Positions 46,144 through 55,534 of a stretch of 64,000 nt of DNA are shown here, piece after piece (position 1 is the first letter of the stretch; each line of letters opens with the position of its first letter). The translations under genes and the position numbers were made by a program. The notes beneath the pieces are model-generated. The model did no database searches, was not told where the DNA came from, and was given only the letters and a program-made list of their open reading frames with translations. Origin of the DNA: Candidatus Cloacimonadota bacterium (GTDB lineage Bacteria; Cloacimonadota; Cloacimonadia; G963667145); contig OY781092.1 of assembly GCA_963676615.1 (NCBI GenBank), forward strand, positions 1,440,001-1,504,000. The letters run 5' to 3'.

Positions 46144-47904
46144 ATGAATTTACAATATATGAAACTGCAGATTTTGGCGATTGGTTTGATTGTGCTGGCT
46201 GGATATTTGGGTGGAGTGCTGGCTAAAAAGCTCAAAATCGGCGAAGTTATCGGGCAGATGCTTGGGGGAGTGTTGGTCGGTCCACACCTGCTCAAAGCAG
46301 TGCTAGCGTATTTCGGCGACGCTCAAAATTTGCCTGCGCTGCTGCAAGGCGTGCACCATTTCGTCCACACCGACGGCTTTCACTCCTACGAGTCGATAAT
46401 CGAGAGCTTCCACTTTTTCGTCTTTATGTTTTTGGGACTGATCGCCTTTTCGCTGGGCGAGGAGCTGCACCTAGACAGGCTCAAAGAGGTCGGCTTTTCC
46501 GCGGTAACGATTTGCCTCGTGCAAGGCGTAATCACCTTTGTCGCCCTGAGCGTGCCGTTCTACTTCTTCTTCGATTTTTCCCTGATCAACTCCCTGATAA
46601 TCGGCTCGATCGGCATCGCCACAGCGCCGGCGCTCACCTTCATCCTGATGCGAAAACTCCGAGTCGAGGGCAAGCTAAAAAATTTGCTGGCAAATGTGGT
46701 GGTTTTGGACGACCTAATGGAGGTGATTTTCTTCTCGATTTTTTTGGGAATCGCCGTCTATTTGCAGATGGGGAAAGAGGTTAGCTTCTTGGCTCTGGGT
46801 GAGCATTTGCTCATCGAAATATTTTTGGCGCTACTATTGGGCTTGATAATTTTTGTGCTAATTTTCATCTTTTTGCGAGGCAGAACCTCCTCCGACGAAA
46901 CGAAATCGGACAAAGACGATAGATTTTTATCCACATTTTTGTCCGACCATCCGACGCCGTCTGTCGAGGTGCTTTTGTTCATCATTGGAGTGGTCTCAGT
47001 CGGCATCGCTCTTAGCATTCACTTAGATTTGCCATTTTTGATAACGGCGATTTTTGCGGGATTTTTGGTGGCAAATCTGCACTATCACGCCATTTTTGAC
47101 TCGCTGAAAATCGACAATGTGATGCCAATTTTTAACCTGCTTTTTTTTGCGATAATCGGCGCATCGATTCAGCTGGAGAGCTTTTCTTGGGCGACCATTG
47201 GCTTTTCGCTTTCGTATGTAGTTCTGCGCAGTGCGGGCAAGCTCGTCGGCAACCATTTGGGCACGAAATACACCGGGCAAGACCCGATGATTGTGGCGTT
47301 TTTCCCAAAGCTGATGTTGCCGCAAGCTGGAATGGCGGCTGTGGAGACGATTTTGGTGGCGACTGTGCTGGCAGATAGCGGCGGCGACACGATTTTCAAC
47401 ATCATTATTCCTGCGCTGGTGATTTTTGAGGTTGGCGGAGCGCTGCTCTCGGAGCGGACTTTGATTAAGTGGAAAAATTGGACGATTGGCGAAAAAGATG
47501 CGTATTGTCAATCGAGCGCCAAGCAAAATTGTAAGCTGGATTTTTTGAATAGCCGAGAGCTTTTTTTGCAGGCGAATAGCGAAAAAGAGGTGCTGGAATG
47601 CGGGCTGGAGTGCTTGCGGAGTCAGGGGGTCGTGCGAGACGACAACTACGACGAAATTTTGAGCTCGCTTTTGGCGCGGGAAAAGCTCTCTTCGACTTAT
47701 ATGGACAAGCAGGTCGCGATTCCGCATTGCCGATTGGACGAGCTCGACCAGCCGTATTTGGTCAAAATTGTTTTGCAAAAGCCGCTGGTTTGGGACAAAA
47801 AGCAGAACATTGTCAGCCAAGTTTTTTTGATTTTGACGGGCGCGAAAGACCCGAAACAACATTTACAAGCGATAAGGGCGATAGCCTCTTCATTGCAAGA
47901 ATAG
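46144..47904 (+). CDS. Cation:proton antiporter fused to C-terminal PTS EIIA domain
   Basis: IAFSLGEEL, ATAPA, VVLDD, PQAG; C-terminal LAREKLSST...VAIPHCR. Confidence 0.88.
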   Translation: MNLQYMKLQILAIGLIVLAGYLGGVLAKKLKIGEVIGQMLGGVLVGPHLLKAVLAYFGDAQNLPALLQGVHHFVHTDGFHSYESIIESFHFFVFMFLGLIAFSLGEELHLDRLKEVGFSAVTICLVQGVITFVALSVPFYFFFDFSLINSLIIGSIGIATAPALTFILMRKLRVEGKLKNLLANVVVLDDLMEVIFFSIFLGIAVYLQMGKEVSFLALGEHLLIEIFLALLLGLIIFVLIFIFLRGRTSSDETKSDKDDRFLSTFLSDHPTPSVEVLLFIIGVVSVGIALSIHLDLPFLITAIFAGFLVANLHYHAIFDSLKIDNVMPIFNLLFFAIIGASIQLESFSWATIGFSLSYVVLRSAGKLVGNHLGTKYTGQDPMIVAFFPKLMLPQAGMAAVETILVATVLADSGGDTIFNIIIPALVIFEVGGALLSERTLIKWKNWTIGEKDAYCQSSAKQNCKLDFLNSRELFLQANSEKEVLECGLECLRSQGVVRDDNYDEILSSLLAREKLSSTYMDKQVAIPHCRLDELDQPYLVKIVLQKPLVWDKKQNIVSQVFLILTGAKDPKQHLQAIRAIASSLQE

Positions 47905-47916
47905 GAGTGGTAAGTT

Positions 47917-49012
47917 ATGGAAATGCAAGAGTTTAGAGAGAAGGCAAACGAGCTGATTTTGAAAGCTGAGCAACTCGGGAGGTTGGTTTGACTCGCAAGA
48001 GCTAGGCAAAAAAGTGACGGAACTGGAGCAGCAAACTTTGCAGGCGGATTTTTGGGATAACGCCCAAAAAGCGCAAAAAATTGTTAAGCAGCTGAATATC
48101 CTCAAGACGCAGCAGGAGGAGACCGCGAACCTTTTTGCTATTGCCGACGATTTGCGGGTGTATCTGCAGATGCTGGCGGAGGATGCGGGTTTGCTGGCTG
48201 AGGCGAGCGGCGAGATTGCGCAGTGGGAAAAGTTTTTGCAGGAACAGGAGATAAAGACTTTGCTTTCGGGCGAGTTGGATTCTGGCGATGCGATTTTGAC
48301 GATTAACCCCGGAGCTGGCGGCACCGAGAGCCAAGATTGGGCAGAGATGCTTTTGCGGATGTATCTGCGCTGGGCGGAACAGCGGGATTTTAAGGCGGAA
48401 ATTGTTGAGCTGCAGCCGGGCGACGAAGCGGGCATAAAGAGCGCCACGCTGGAGATTAAGGGGCAATTTGCCTACGGTTATTTGGCTTGTGAGGCTGGCA
48501 TTCATCGCCTTGTGCGGATTTCGCCGTTTAATGCGCAGGGCAAGCGGCAGACATCGTTTGCGTCGGTTTTTGCCTATCCGCTGGTGGACGATCAAATCGA
48601 AGTGGATATCGACCCCAGCGATTTGCGGATCGACACCTATCGAGCTTCGGGTAAAGGCGGACAGTGCGTCAACACGACCGATTCTGCCGTGCGAATCACT
48701 CACTTGCCCACGGGAATCGTGGTGCAGTGCCAAAACGAGCGGAGCCAGCTAAAAAACAAAGATCACGCGATGAAGATTTTGAAGTCGCGGCTCTATCAAC
48801 ATTATTTGCAGGAGAAGCAAAAAGAGAGTAAAGAGCTGGAGAGCACCAAGACCGAAATCGGCTGGGGCAACCAAATTCGCTCCTATGTTTTTCATCCGTA
48901 TCAGATGGTCAAAGATCACCGCACCAAGTTCGAGGTCAAAAACACCGACAAGGTGATGAACGGCGATTTGGACGGCTTTATCCAGGAGTTTTTGCGGTTT
49001 AATAAGATGTAG
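47917..49012 (+). CDS. prfB: Peptide chain release factor 2 with programmed +1 frameshift
   Basis: 24-codon ORF from ATG 47917 ends GGGAGG-TTG-GTT-TGA-C; the +1 frame continues into GAGGTESQDW, SPF, GGQ, IRSY. Confidence 0.95.
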
Positions 49013-49029
49013 GCAATTTTTAGGCAAAG

Positions 49030-49060
49030 AAAAAGGCAACCGATTTGGTTGCCTTTTTTT
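49030..49060. terminator. Bidirectional intrinsic terminator
   Basis: A5-GGCAACC-N5-GGTTGCC-T7 between convergent genes. Confidence 0.88.
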
Positions 49061-49072
49061 GGGTTAAAATTA

Positions 49073-49594
49073 TTAGTCTTTGATGGTAATATCAAAAGTA
49101 GCGGTTGTTCCGCCAACTACCTCAAAGACGAGCTCGTAATCTCCATTGTCCAAGCCTGAAATTTTAGAATTGGCACTGTTTTCAGAAGAAAATACGGAAA
49201 CTTGAGATTCATTAGGGAGATAGCCTTTGCTCGAAATACTGCCAGCTCCATCCCCTTCCAAATAAGTGGCAACCTTGCTTCCGCCTTTCTTTCTCAAGAA
49301 AAAATTGAAAGTGAGATTTTTTAAATCTTCGTCTCCAGAGTTATATGCTTGAAGATAGCAACCAAGATTTTTATCGCCATAAGTGGCTTTAGAAATAGAA
49401 ATTATATCTTTATTGCTAATATTGCTAATGCTAGAAGCGTCATTGTCTTCCAATAAGTATGATCCTTTTTCTGTAAATTTAATGGCGTTTAAATCTGGAC
49501 CATCGTCATCGTCGTCGTTTCCGAAGATGTTACAGCCGCTGATTGCCAGAGCTAAAACGCTCAGAGCCAACATCATTTTTAAGAATTTTTTCAT
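49073..49594 (-). CDS. Hypothetical lipoprotein
   Basis: Lipobox ISGC followed by an acidic tether NDDDDD. Confidence 0.8.
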   Translation of the reverse strand: MKKFLKMMLALSVLALAISGCNIFGNDDDDDGPDLNAIKFTEKGSYLLEDNDASSISNISNKDIISISKATYGDKNLGCYLQAYNSGDEDLKNLTFNFFLRKKGGSKVATYLEGDGAGSISSKGYLPNESQVSVFSSENSANSKISGLDNGDYELVFEVVGGTTATFDITIKD

Positions 49595-49688
49595 TTTTTC
49601 TCCTTATAAATTAAGATTTCTTTAACATTTTTTCAGTAATCGGCTGACCACTGGAAATTTGTCAACGATTTTTGCAAACTTTAAGCAA

Positions 49689-50486
49689 CTACTGCTTGTC
49701 GTATGTGACCAGCCCTTCGTCGTCGAGGGTTGTCAGGATATTTTTGTCCGCCGAGAGGTAGTAGTCGTTTGTCACGGGGCCTTCGCCTGGATCGCCGTTG
49801 TCACTCCAGGGAGAGGTAGAAGTTTCTTGCGTTTTCTCATTTGTAACAGTATAGGTGTAGGTTCTAGGCGTCGCGCTGTTGTCATATGTTATGTCCACAG
49901 TGTATTCTGCTGAATATGGAGTGTTGTCTGGATCGGTTTGAGTGAGTGTAGCAGAGTCTGAAGCGAAAACGAGCCCTCTTGTTGCGTTGCCAAAGATAAA
50001 TCCCCAGCCGTTATCGAAGATGAGGTCGCCAGAAGAGTAGCTGCTGGCTTGCTTTGAGTAAACAGATTTGTCGCCAGCTTCGTCGATGAGTGTCAGCTTG
50101 TTTCCAGAGAGGGTGTAGGTCAGCTCTAGTGTGGTAAACTCTTTTTCTAGGCTTTCCCATTCGGCGCCAAAGGTGTCTTTTGCTCGAACAGTTGGATTGC
50201 TGAGAGTGATGGTGGAGTTGTCGTAGGTGGAAGAGACCGAAGTTTCGACAATGTAGGGAGTGCTTTCGTTCTCGTTGCCGTAGTTTTTGACTTCGTTGCT
50301 CACGGTGGAGGAGCTGCCGATTATCAATATGTTGGTAATCGAGTCGCCTTTGCTTATCCAAGTTCCCGAAAGGTCGTTTTTTTCGTCGTCGTCGCTGCTA
50401 CTGCTGTCGCTTCCAAAGATGTTACAGCCGCTGATTGCCAGAGCGAAAACGCTCAAAGCCAACATCATTTTTAAGAAATTCTTCAT
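49689..50486 (-). CDS. Hypothetical lipoprotein (possibly lipocalin-like)
   Basis: Lipobox ISGC, tether SDSSSSDDDE, LSGTW and YTLSGNKLTL motifs. Confidence 0.8.
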   Translation of the reverse strand: MKNFLKMMLALSVFALAISGCNIFGSDSSSSDDDEKNDLSGTWISKGDSITNILIIGSSSTVSNEVKNYGNENESTPYIVETSVSSTYDNSTITLSNPTVRAKDTFGAEWESLEKEFTTLELTYTLSGNKLTLIDEAGDKSVYSKQASSYSSGDLIFDNGWGFIFGNATRGLVFASDSATLTQTDPDNTPYSAEYTVDITYDNSATPRTYTYTVTNEKTQETSTSPWSDNGDPGEGPVTNDYYLSADKNILTTLDDEGLVTYDKQ

Positions 50487-50663
50487 TTTTTTATCTCCTT
50501 TTTATTAAAAATTTCAATCCAAAAAAATGAAATCAAAAACAAAATGTCAACTGTTTTCAAAATTTTGCCCTGTCTGTTTTCCAGAGCAAATCCAATTATT
50601 ATATTGACACATAAACAGATAGCGAAAATTTGGAGCTAACGATAACAATTTAAGGAGGCTGAC

Positions 50664-50933
50664 ATGGCTCTTACTAATCAAGCCAAGGAAGCAATCGTGG
50701 CAGAGTTCAAACTCCACGACGCAGACACAGGGTCGCCAGAGGTGCAAGTTGCCCTGATGACCAACAACATCAAAAATATCACGGCGCACCTGGATATTCA
50801 CAAAAAAGATCACCACTCAAGAAGAGGTTTGCTTAAGTTGGTGGGCAGAAGAAGAAAACTTTTGGAATACCTCAAGGGCAAAGATATCGAAAGATACAGA
50901 GCGCTGGTAGCGAAGTTAGGTTTGAGAAAGTAG
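50664..50933 (+). CDS. rpsO: 30S ribosomal protein S15
   Basis: [27 protein letters not shown]. Confidence 0.98.
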   Translation: MALTNQAKEAIVAEFKLHDADTGSPEVQVALMTNNIKNITAHLDIHKKDHHSRRGLLKLVGRRRKLLEYLKGKDIERYRALVAKLGLRK

Positions 50934-50961
50934 AAGGGCGCAAAGCTCTTTTACTTTTCTC
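50924..50961 (+). terminator. Hairpin/terminator at end of rpsO
   Basis: GAGAAAGTAGAAGGGC-GCAAA-GCTCTTTTACTTTTCTC. Confidence 0.6.
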
Positions 50962-50973
50962 TTCAAATAAAAA

Positions 50974-51139
50974 CGGACAACACTGTAAATCTTTGAAGAA
51001 TAAGACAAAAAATCAGATTTTTAGCAATAATCAAAATTCTTGTTTGCTTTTTTCAGGAAGGAAGCGACGAGGATATTTGGTTATTGCTTTTTTTCTCTTT
51101 GTCTTACGGTCTTTTTTTTGAGACTAGCAGGTTGTGCCG
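50974..51139 (+). promoter_or_regulatory. Long structured pnp leader (probable RNase III processing hairpin)
   Basis: Nested complementarity: AGCAATAATCAAA/TTTGGTTATTGCT, TAAGACAAA/TTTGTCTTA, CGGACAAC/GTTGTGCCG. Confidence 0.65.
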
Positions 51140-51164
51140 CAAAACACACACTTAAGGAGAAAAA

Positions 51165-53399
51165 ATGAGTGTTATCAGAAAATCGATGGAACTCTCTGGC
51201 AGAACTTTGACGCTGGAGACAGGGAGAATGGCGAAGCAGGCGAACGGCTCTGTTTTGCTTACTTATGGCGAGAATGTCATTTTGGCGACCGCAACGGGAG
51301 AGAAGCAGCCTCGCGAGGGGCAAGGATTTTTTCCGCTGACTGTGGATTTCATCCCAAAAATGTATGCTTCGGGCAAAATTCCCGGAGGCTTTTTTAAACG
51401 GGAGTCGAAGCCGCCAGTTAGCTCGATTTTGATTGCTCGGGAAATCGACCGTGGGCTGCGTCCACTTTTTCCCGACGGTTTCAAAAACGCCGTGCATGTT
51501 GTGCTGACGGTGCTTAGCTACGACGAAGACGCCGATTTGGGCTCGCTTGGCTCGATTGCTGCCAGTGCCGCCCTGACTATTTCGGACATTCCGTTTGCAG
51601 GACCGATTGCGGGTGCTTTCGTTTGCAAAAAAGACGACGATTTTGTCGTTTTCCCCAACAAAGAGCAGATGGAGAACTCGAAGCTAGAGCTTTCTGTTTC
51701 GGGAACTTACGAGAATGTGAATATGGTCGAATCTGGTGCGTGGGAGCTTTCGGAAGAGGAGATTTTGGACGCAATTTATTTGGCGCACGAGAAAATTCAG
51801 GAGATTGTTGAGTTTCAAAAGGAGTTCGCCAAAGATTGCAGCAAGCCGAAGTTCTCGTTTGAGGTGCATGAGCTAAACCAGCAGGCGCTGGCTTTTGTGA
51901 AGGACAATTTTTACGAAAAAATCAAGAAAGCTAACGAGATTACCGAGAAGTTGCCGAAATACGAGGCGCTGGATAATTTGCGCACCGAGCTGGCTGAGGC
52001 TATGCAGGACAAGCTCTCGGAAGAGGAGATTGCCGAAAATGGCGCGGATTATAAGGCGGCTTTTGAGAAATATCTCAAGGAGATTGTGCGTGATTTGATT
52101 TTGGCTGGTTGCCGCCCAGATGGTCGCGATTTGGACGAGATTCGCCCGATTACGGTGGAGAAAGATATTTTGCCTCGTGTGCACGGCTCGGCGCTTTTCA
52201 CCAGAGGCGAGACGCAAAGTTTGGGCGTGATAACTTTGGGTAGTCCTCGGGACGAGCAGATGATCGACGATTTGCGCGAGAAGCACTACAAAAACTATTT
52301 TCTGCATTACAACTTTCCGCCGTATTCTGTCGGAGAGGCTGGCTTTATGCGAGCTCCGGGCAGGAGAGAGCTGGGTCACGGACATTTGGCGGAGCGTTCG
52401 CTATATGCTGTAATGCCTAGCGGCGAGGAGTTTCCTTACACAATCAGAGCGGTTTCGGAGATTTTGGAATCGAACGGTTCCAGCTCGATGGCGAGTGTTT
52501 GTAGCTGTTCAACGGCGATGATGGCTGCCGGCGTGCCGATTAAAAAGCCAGTGGCTGGTATCGCCAACGGTTTGGTGATGGACGGCGAAAATTTTGTGAT
52601 TCTGACCGATATTCAAGGAATGGAAGATCATTTGGGCGATATGGATTTTAAGGTGACTGGCACCGATCAGGGCATCACGGCGATTCAGATGGACATCAAA
52701 ATCAAGGGTATCACCAAAGAGATTATGAAGCTGGCGCTGGAGAAGGCGAAGATTGCCAGGTTGCATATTTTGGGAAAAATCACCGAGTGCATCGCTGAGC
52801 CGAGCAAGGAGCTGAGTAAATACGCTCCAAAAATCGAGAGCATTATGATCGATAAGGACAAAATCAGTCAGGTTATCGGCTCTGGCGGCAAGACGATTAA
52901 GGAGATTATCGAGGTTACAGGCGCGGACATTAACATCGACGACGACGGTCGCGTTTCGGTGGCTTCGCCAGATGCGGAGGCGCTGAGCAAGGCGATGAGC
53001 ATTGTCAAAAATATCGTGGAAGATCCCGAGCAGAACGGGATTTACGAGGGCGAGGTCACTCGTGTGGAGGCTTATGGCGCTTTTGTGAAGTTTATGTACA
53101 ATAAGCAAGGAATGGTGCATGTTTCCAAGATGGATAAGGTGAGAGTGGGCGACCCTGCCGATTTGGTGGCTGTCGGCGACAAGGTGAAGGTGCGTTTTGT
53201 GGGCTTTAAGGAAGGCAAAATCAGCTTGGCGATGGACGGCATCGAGGGCAATCCGACGCTGAAGAGCAAAGGCATCGAACCGAGCAAGAGACCCGAGAGA
53301 AGCGCTGGCGATAGGCGCGATGGAAACGACCGCCGAGACAGACGCGATGGCAGAGACAGAAGACCAAGACGGGATTATAAAAAAAGAGACGATAAATAA
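51165..53399 (+). CDS. pnp: Polyribonucleotide nucleotidyltransferase (PNPase)
   Basis: FFPLTVD, IPGGFFKRE, HGSALFTRGETQ, ESNGSSSMAS, EDHLGDMDFK, KH and S1 domains. Confidence 0.98.
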   Translation: MSVIRKSMELSGRTLTLETGRMAKQANGSVLLTYGENVILATATGEKQPREGQGFFPLTVDFIPKMYASGKIPGGFFKRESKPPVSSILIAREIDRGLRPLFPDGFKNAVHVVLTVLSYDEDADLGSLGSIAASAALTISDIPFAGPIAGAFVCKKDDDFVVFPNKEQMENSKLELSVSGTYENVNMVESGAWELSEEEILDAIYLAHEKIQEIVEFQKEFAKDCSKPKFSFEVHELNQQALAFVKDNFYEKIKKANEITEKLPKYEALDNLRTELAEAMQDKLSEEEIAENGADYKAAFEKYLKEIVRDLILAGCRPDGRDLDEIRPITVEKDILPRVHGSALFTRGETQSLGVITLGSPRDEQMIDDLREKHYKNYFLHYNFPPYSVGEAGFMRAPGRRELGHGHLAERSLYAVMPSGEEFPYTIRAVSEILESNGSSSMASVCSCSTAMMAAGVPIKKPVAGIANGLVMDGENFVILTDIQGMEDHLGDMDFKVTGTDQGITAIQMDIKIKGITKEIMKLALEKAKIARLHILGKITECIAEPSKELSKYAPKIESIMIDKDKISQVIGSGGKTIKEIIEVTGADINIDDDGRVSVASPDAEALSKAMSIVKNIVEDPEQNGIYEGEVTRVEAYGAFVKFMYNKQGMVHVSKMDKVRVGDPADLVAVGDKVKVRFVGFKEGKISLAMDGIEGNPTLKSKGIEPSKRPERSAGDRRDGNDRRDRRDGRDRRPRRDYKKRDDK

Positions 53400-53420
53400 T
53401 CTTTTGTGATAGAAAAGAAT

Positions 53421-53448
53421 GAAGGCAGGAATTTTCCTGCCTTTTTTT
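53421..53448 (+). terminator. Intrinsic terminator after pnp
   Basis: AAGGCAGGAA-TT-TTCCTGCC-T7. Confidence 0.88.
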
Positions 53449-53722
53449 GCTAATTTGTCAGACGAGAACGAGGCAAGAAGAGTAATTTGTTTTAAAAATC
53501 CACCTTGACAAAAGTTAAATAGAGATTATAAGAGTAAGAAAGTATAAAACTACAGTGCAAAAAAAGCAAACATAAAAATGTTCGTGTATAATCTATATTT
53601 AAAAGAAGGTTCAAGTTGTCTTGAGCCTTTAAAGAAAATATGATATGTATTGGTTAGTAATTTGTTGAAAAAATAATAGGACAATTTGAATGTCTAGAGC
53701 TGGAAAATAGAGTTTTTTTGAG

Positions 53723-54346
53723 ATGACAGATTTGAATAAAAAATATCTGTTTAGAATGACGCATATTGAAAATATTCCGCATATTCTTCAGTATGGAATA
53801 ACTCATTCATCGTCAAAAAATGCCAATCCAGATTTCAAACCAATTGGAGACAATAGTTTAATTTCAACTCGAAATAATTTCATTTTAAATAATGAAAAAC
53901 ATTTAGGAGAATATATCCCATTTTATTTAGGGGTAAGAATGCCAATGCTATATGTAATTCAACACGGATTTAATATGGTATTGCCAGCAAATACAGAAGA
54001 AATCATATATTGTGTTAGCTCAATTCAAAAAATAATTGACTTGCAATTAGATTTTATATTTACAGATGGCCATGCTGTTGATAGGCTCTCTTCTCAATAT
54101 ACAATAAAAGATGTTGAGAATATTGAGAACATTATTGATTGGGATGCTGTTAACGCAAAATATTGGAAAGATGAAAACGATTTGGACTTAAAACGCAGAA
54201 AAGAATCTGAATTTTTAGTTTTGGGAGACATTGCAATAAATGCAATTTTAGGATATATTGTGTTTAATGAAGACGCAAAAAACAAATTAATCGATTTTGG
54301 CATAGATGAAAGCAAAATTGGAATTAAATCAGATTGGTATTTTTAA
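53723..54346 (+). CDS. darT: DNA ADP-ribosyltransferase toxin DarT (DUF4433)
   Basis: RMTHIENIPHIL, YIPFY...PMLY, FTDGHA, IDW, RRKESEFLV; low GC. Confidence 0.92.
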   Translation: MTDLNKKYLFRMTHIENIPHILQYGITHSSSKNANPDFKPIGDNSLISTRNNFILNNEKHLGEYIPFYLGVRMPMLYVIQHGFNMVLPANTEEIIYCVSSIQKIIDLQLDFIFTDGHAVDRLSSQYTIKDVENIENIIDWDAVNAKYWKDENDLDLKRRKESEFLVLGDIAINAILGYIVFNEDAKNKLIDFGIDESKIGIKSDWYF

Positions 54347-54348
54347 AT

Positions 54349-55383
54349 ATGATACATTATAAAAAAGGCGATTTATTTGAAAGTGGAGCGGAAGCTTTAG
54401 TTAATACTGTTAACACTGTAGGAGTAATGGGGAAAGGAATAGCTTTACAGTTTAAAAATATGTTTCCTGATAACTTTAAAATATATTCTAATGCTTGTAA
54501 AAAGAAAGAGTTAAAGGTAGGGCAACTTTTAGTTACAGAGGAAATAAAATTATTTGCTGAGAGAAAAATTATAATAAACTTCCCCACAAAAACAAATTGG
54601 CGACAACCCTCTAAATATGAATATGTAGAAGACGGTTTAGTTGAATTAATAAATGTCATAAAAGAAAAAAATATTAAATCCATAGCGATACCTCCATTAG
54701 GAGCAGGGAATGGAGGATTAAACTGGAATAAAGTTAAGCAAATATTAGAAAGGCATTTATCTGATGTTAGCTGTGAAATCTTTATATATGAACCAAATGC
54801 TGCTATTAAAGAAGTCTTGAAAAAAGAAAGAGTAAAACTTACGCCAGCAAGAGCAATGCTCCTTTCTGTTTTATATGAATTAGTTCGTAACGGTGAATTT
54901 GTTTCTGAATTTGCAGCAGAAAAAGTCGCATATTTTCTCCAACGCTTTGGAGCAAAAAAAATTTTCAAATTAAATTTTCAACCCAATTTTTATGGACCTT
55001 ACTCAGGAAGAGTAAAGCATGTTCTACACTATCTAAATGGTAGCTATATTATGGGGTATAGCTCTGAAGACAAAAAACCTTTTGAGGAATTAGGAATTGT
55101 TCGTGATGCAGAAAAAGATGTTGAAGATTTTTTAAACAAACTTGAAAATGCTGAAAATAAGGTTATTGTTGAAAAAACAAAAAAATTCTTATCTGGATTC
55201 TATTCTCCATTTGGATTAGAGTTGCTTTCTACAATTGATTTCATCATCATAAAGAAAAAGGTTATTAAACAAGAAGAAATCACAAAAGAATTAGAGAATT
55301 GGAGTAGCAGAAAAAAGACTTTATTTACTAATCCGAAATTTATACAAGTAGCAATACAAAACATTCGCTCGTATAAATTATGA
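54349..55383 (+). CDS. darG: Macrodomain antitoxin DarG
   Basis: GDLF, ALVNTVNTVGVMGKGIA, INFPTK, PPLGAGNGGL.W, YGPYS, GLELLST. Confidence 0.94.
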   Translation: MIHYKKGDLFESGAEALVNTVNTVGVMGKGIALQFKNMFPDNFKIYSNACKKKELKVGQLLVTEEIKLFAERKIIINFPTKTNWRQPSKYEYVEDGLVELINVIKEKNIKSIAIPPLGAGNGGLNWNKVKQILERHLSDVSCEIFIYEPNAAIKEVLKKERVKLTPARAMLLSVLYELVRNGEFVSEFAAEKVAYFLQRFGAKKIFKLNFQPNFYGPYSGRVKHVLHYLNGSYIMGYSSEDKKPFEELGIVRDAEKDVEDFLNKLENAENKVIVEKTKKFLSGFYSPFGLELLSTIDFIIIKKKVIKQEEITKELENWSSRKKTLFTNPKFIQVAIQNIRSYKL

Positions 55384-55480
55384 TAGCAAACTTCGCTTAA
55401 CCGTATGAGGTTTTTATTGTTTTTTGAGCTATCAACTTTCAATTTATTTGGCGTGAGAAAGGTAATTCTCAAAAGAAAGT

Positions 55481-55519
55481 AAAAAACCACTGGCAAAGAG
55501 CGTTTCCTCCCTGCCAGTG
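55481..55519 (-). terminator. Probable clpB terminator
   Basis: CACTGGCA...TGCCAGTG stem with a T tract on the minus strand. Confidence 0.65.
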
Positions 55520-55534
55520 TCTAAAAATCCTCGC

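Noticed and set aside
47917..49012. prfB as a pseudogene or evidence of TGA recoding
   Set aside because: The break is at the canonical programmed +1 site, and TGA terminates many genes in this window normally.
53560..53722. Small ORF or IS end upstream of darT (GGTTCAAG...CTTGAGCC hairpin)
   Set aside because: Only a 21-codon ORF without an RBS and a short hairpin; no matching terminal repeat is found at the other end of the island.
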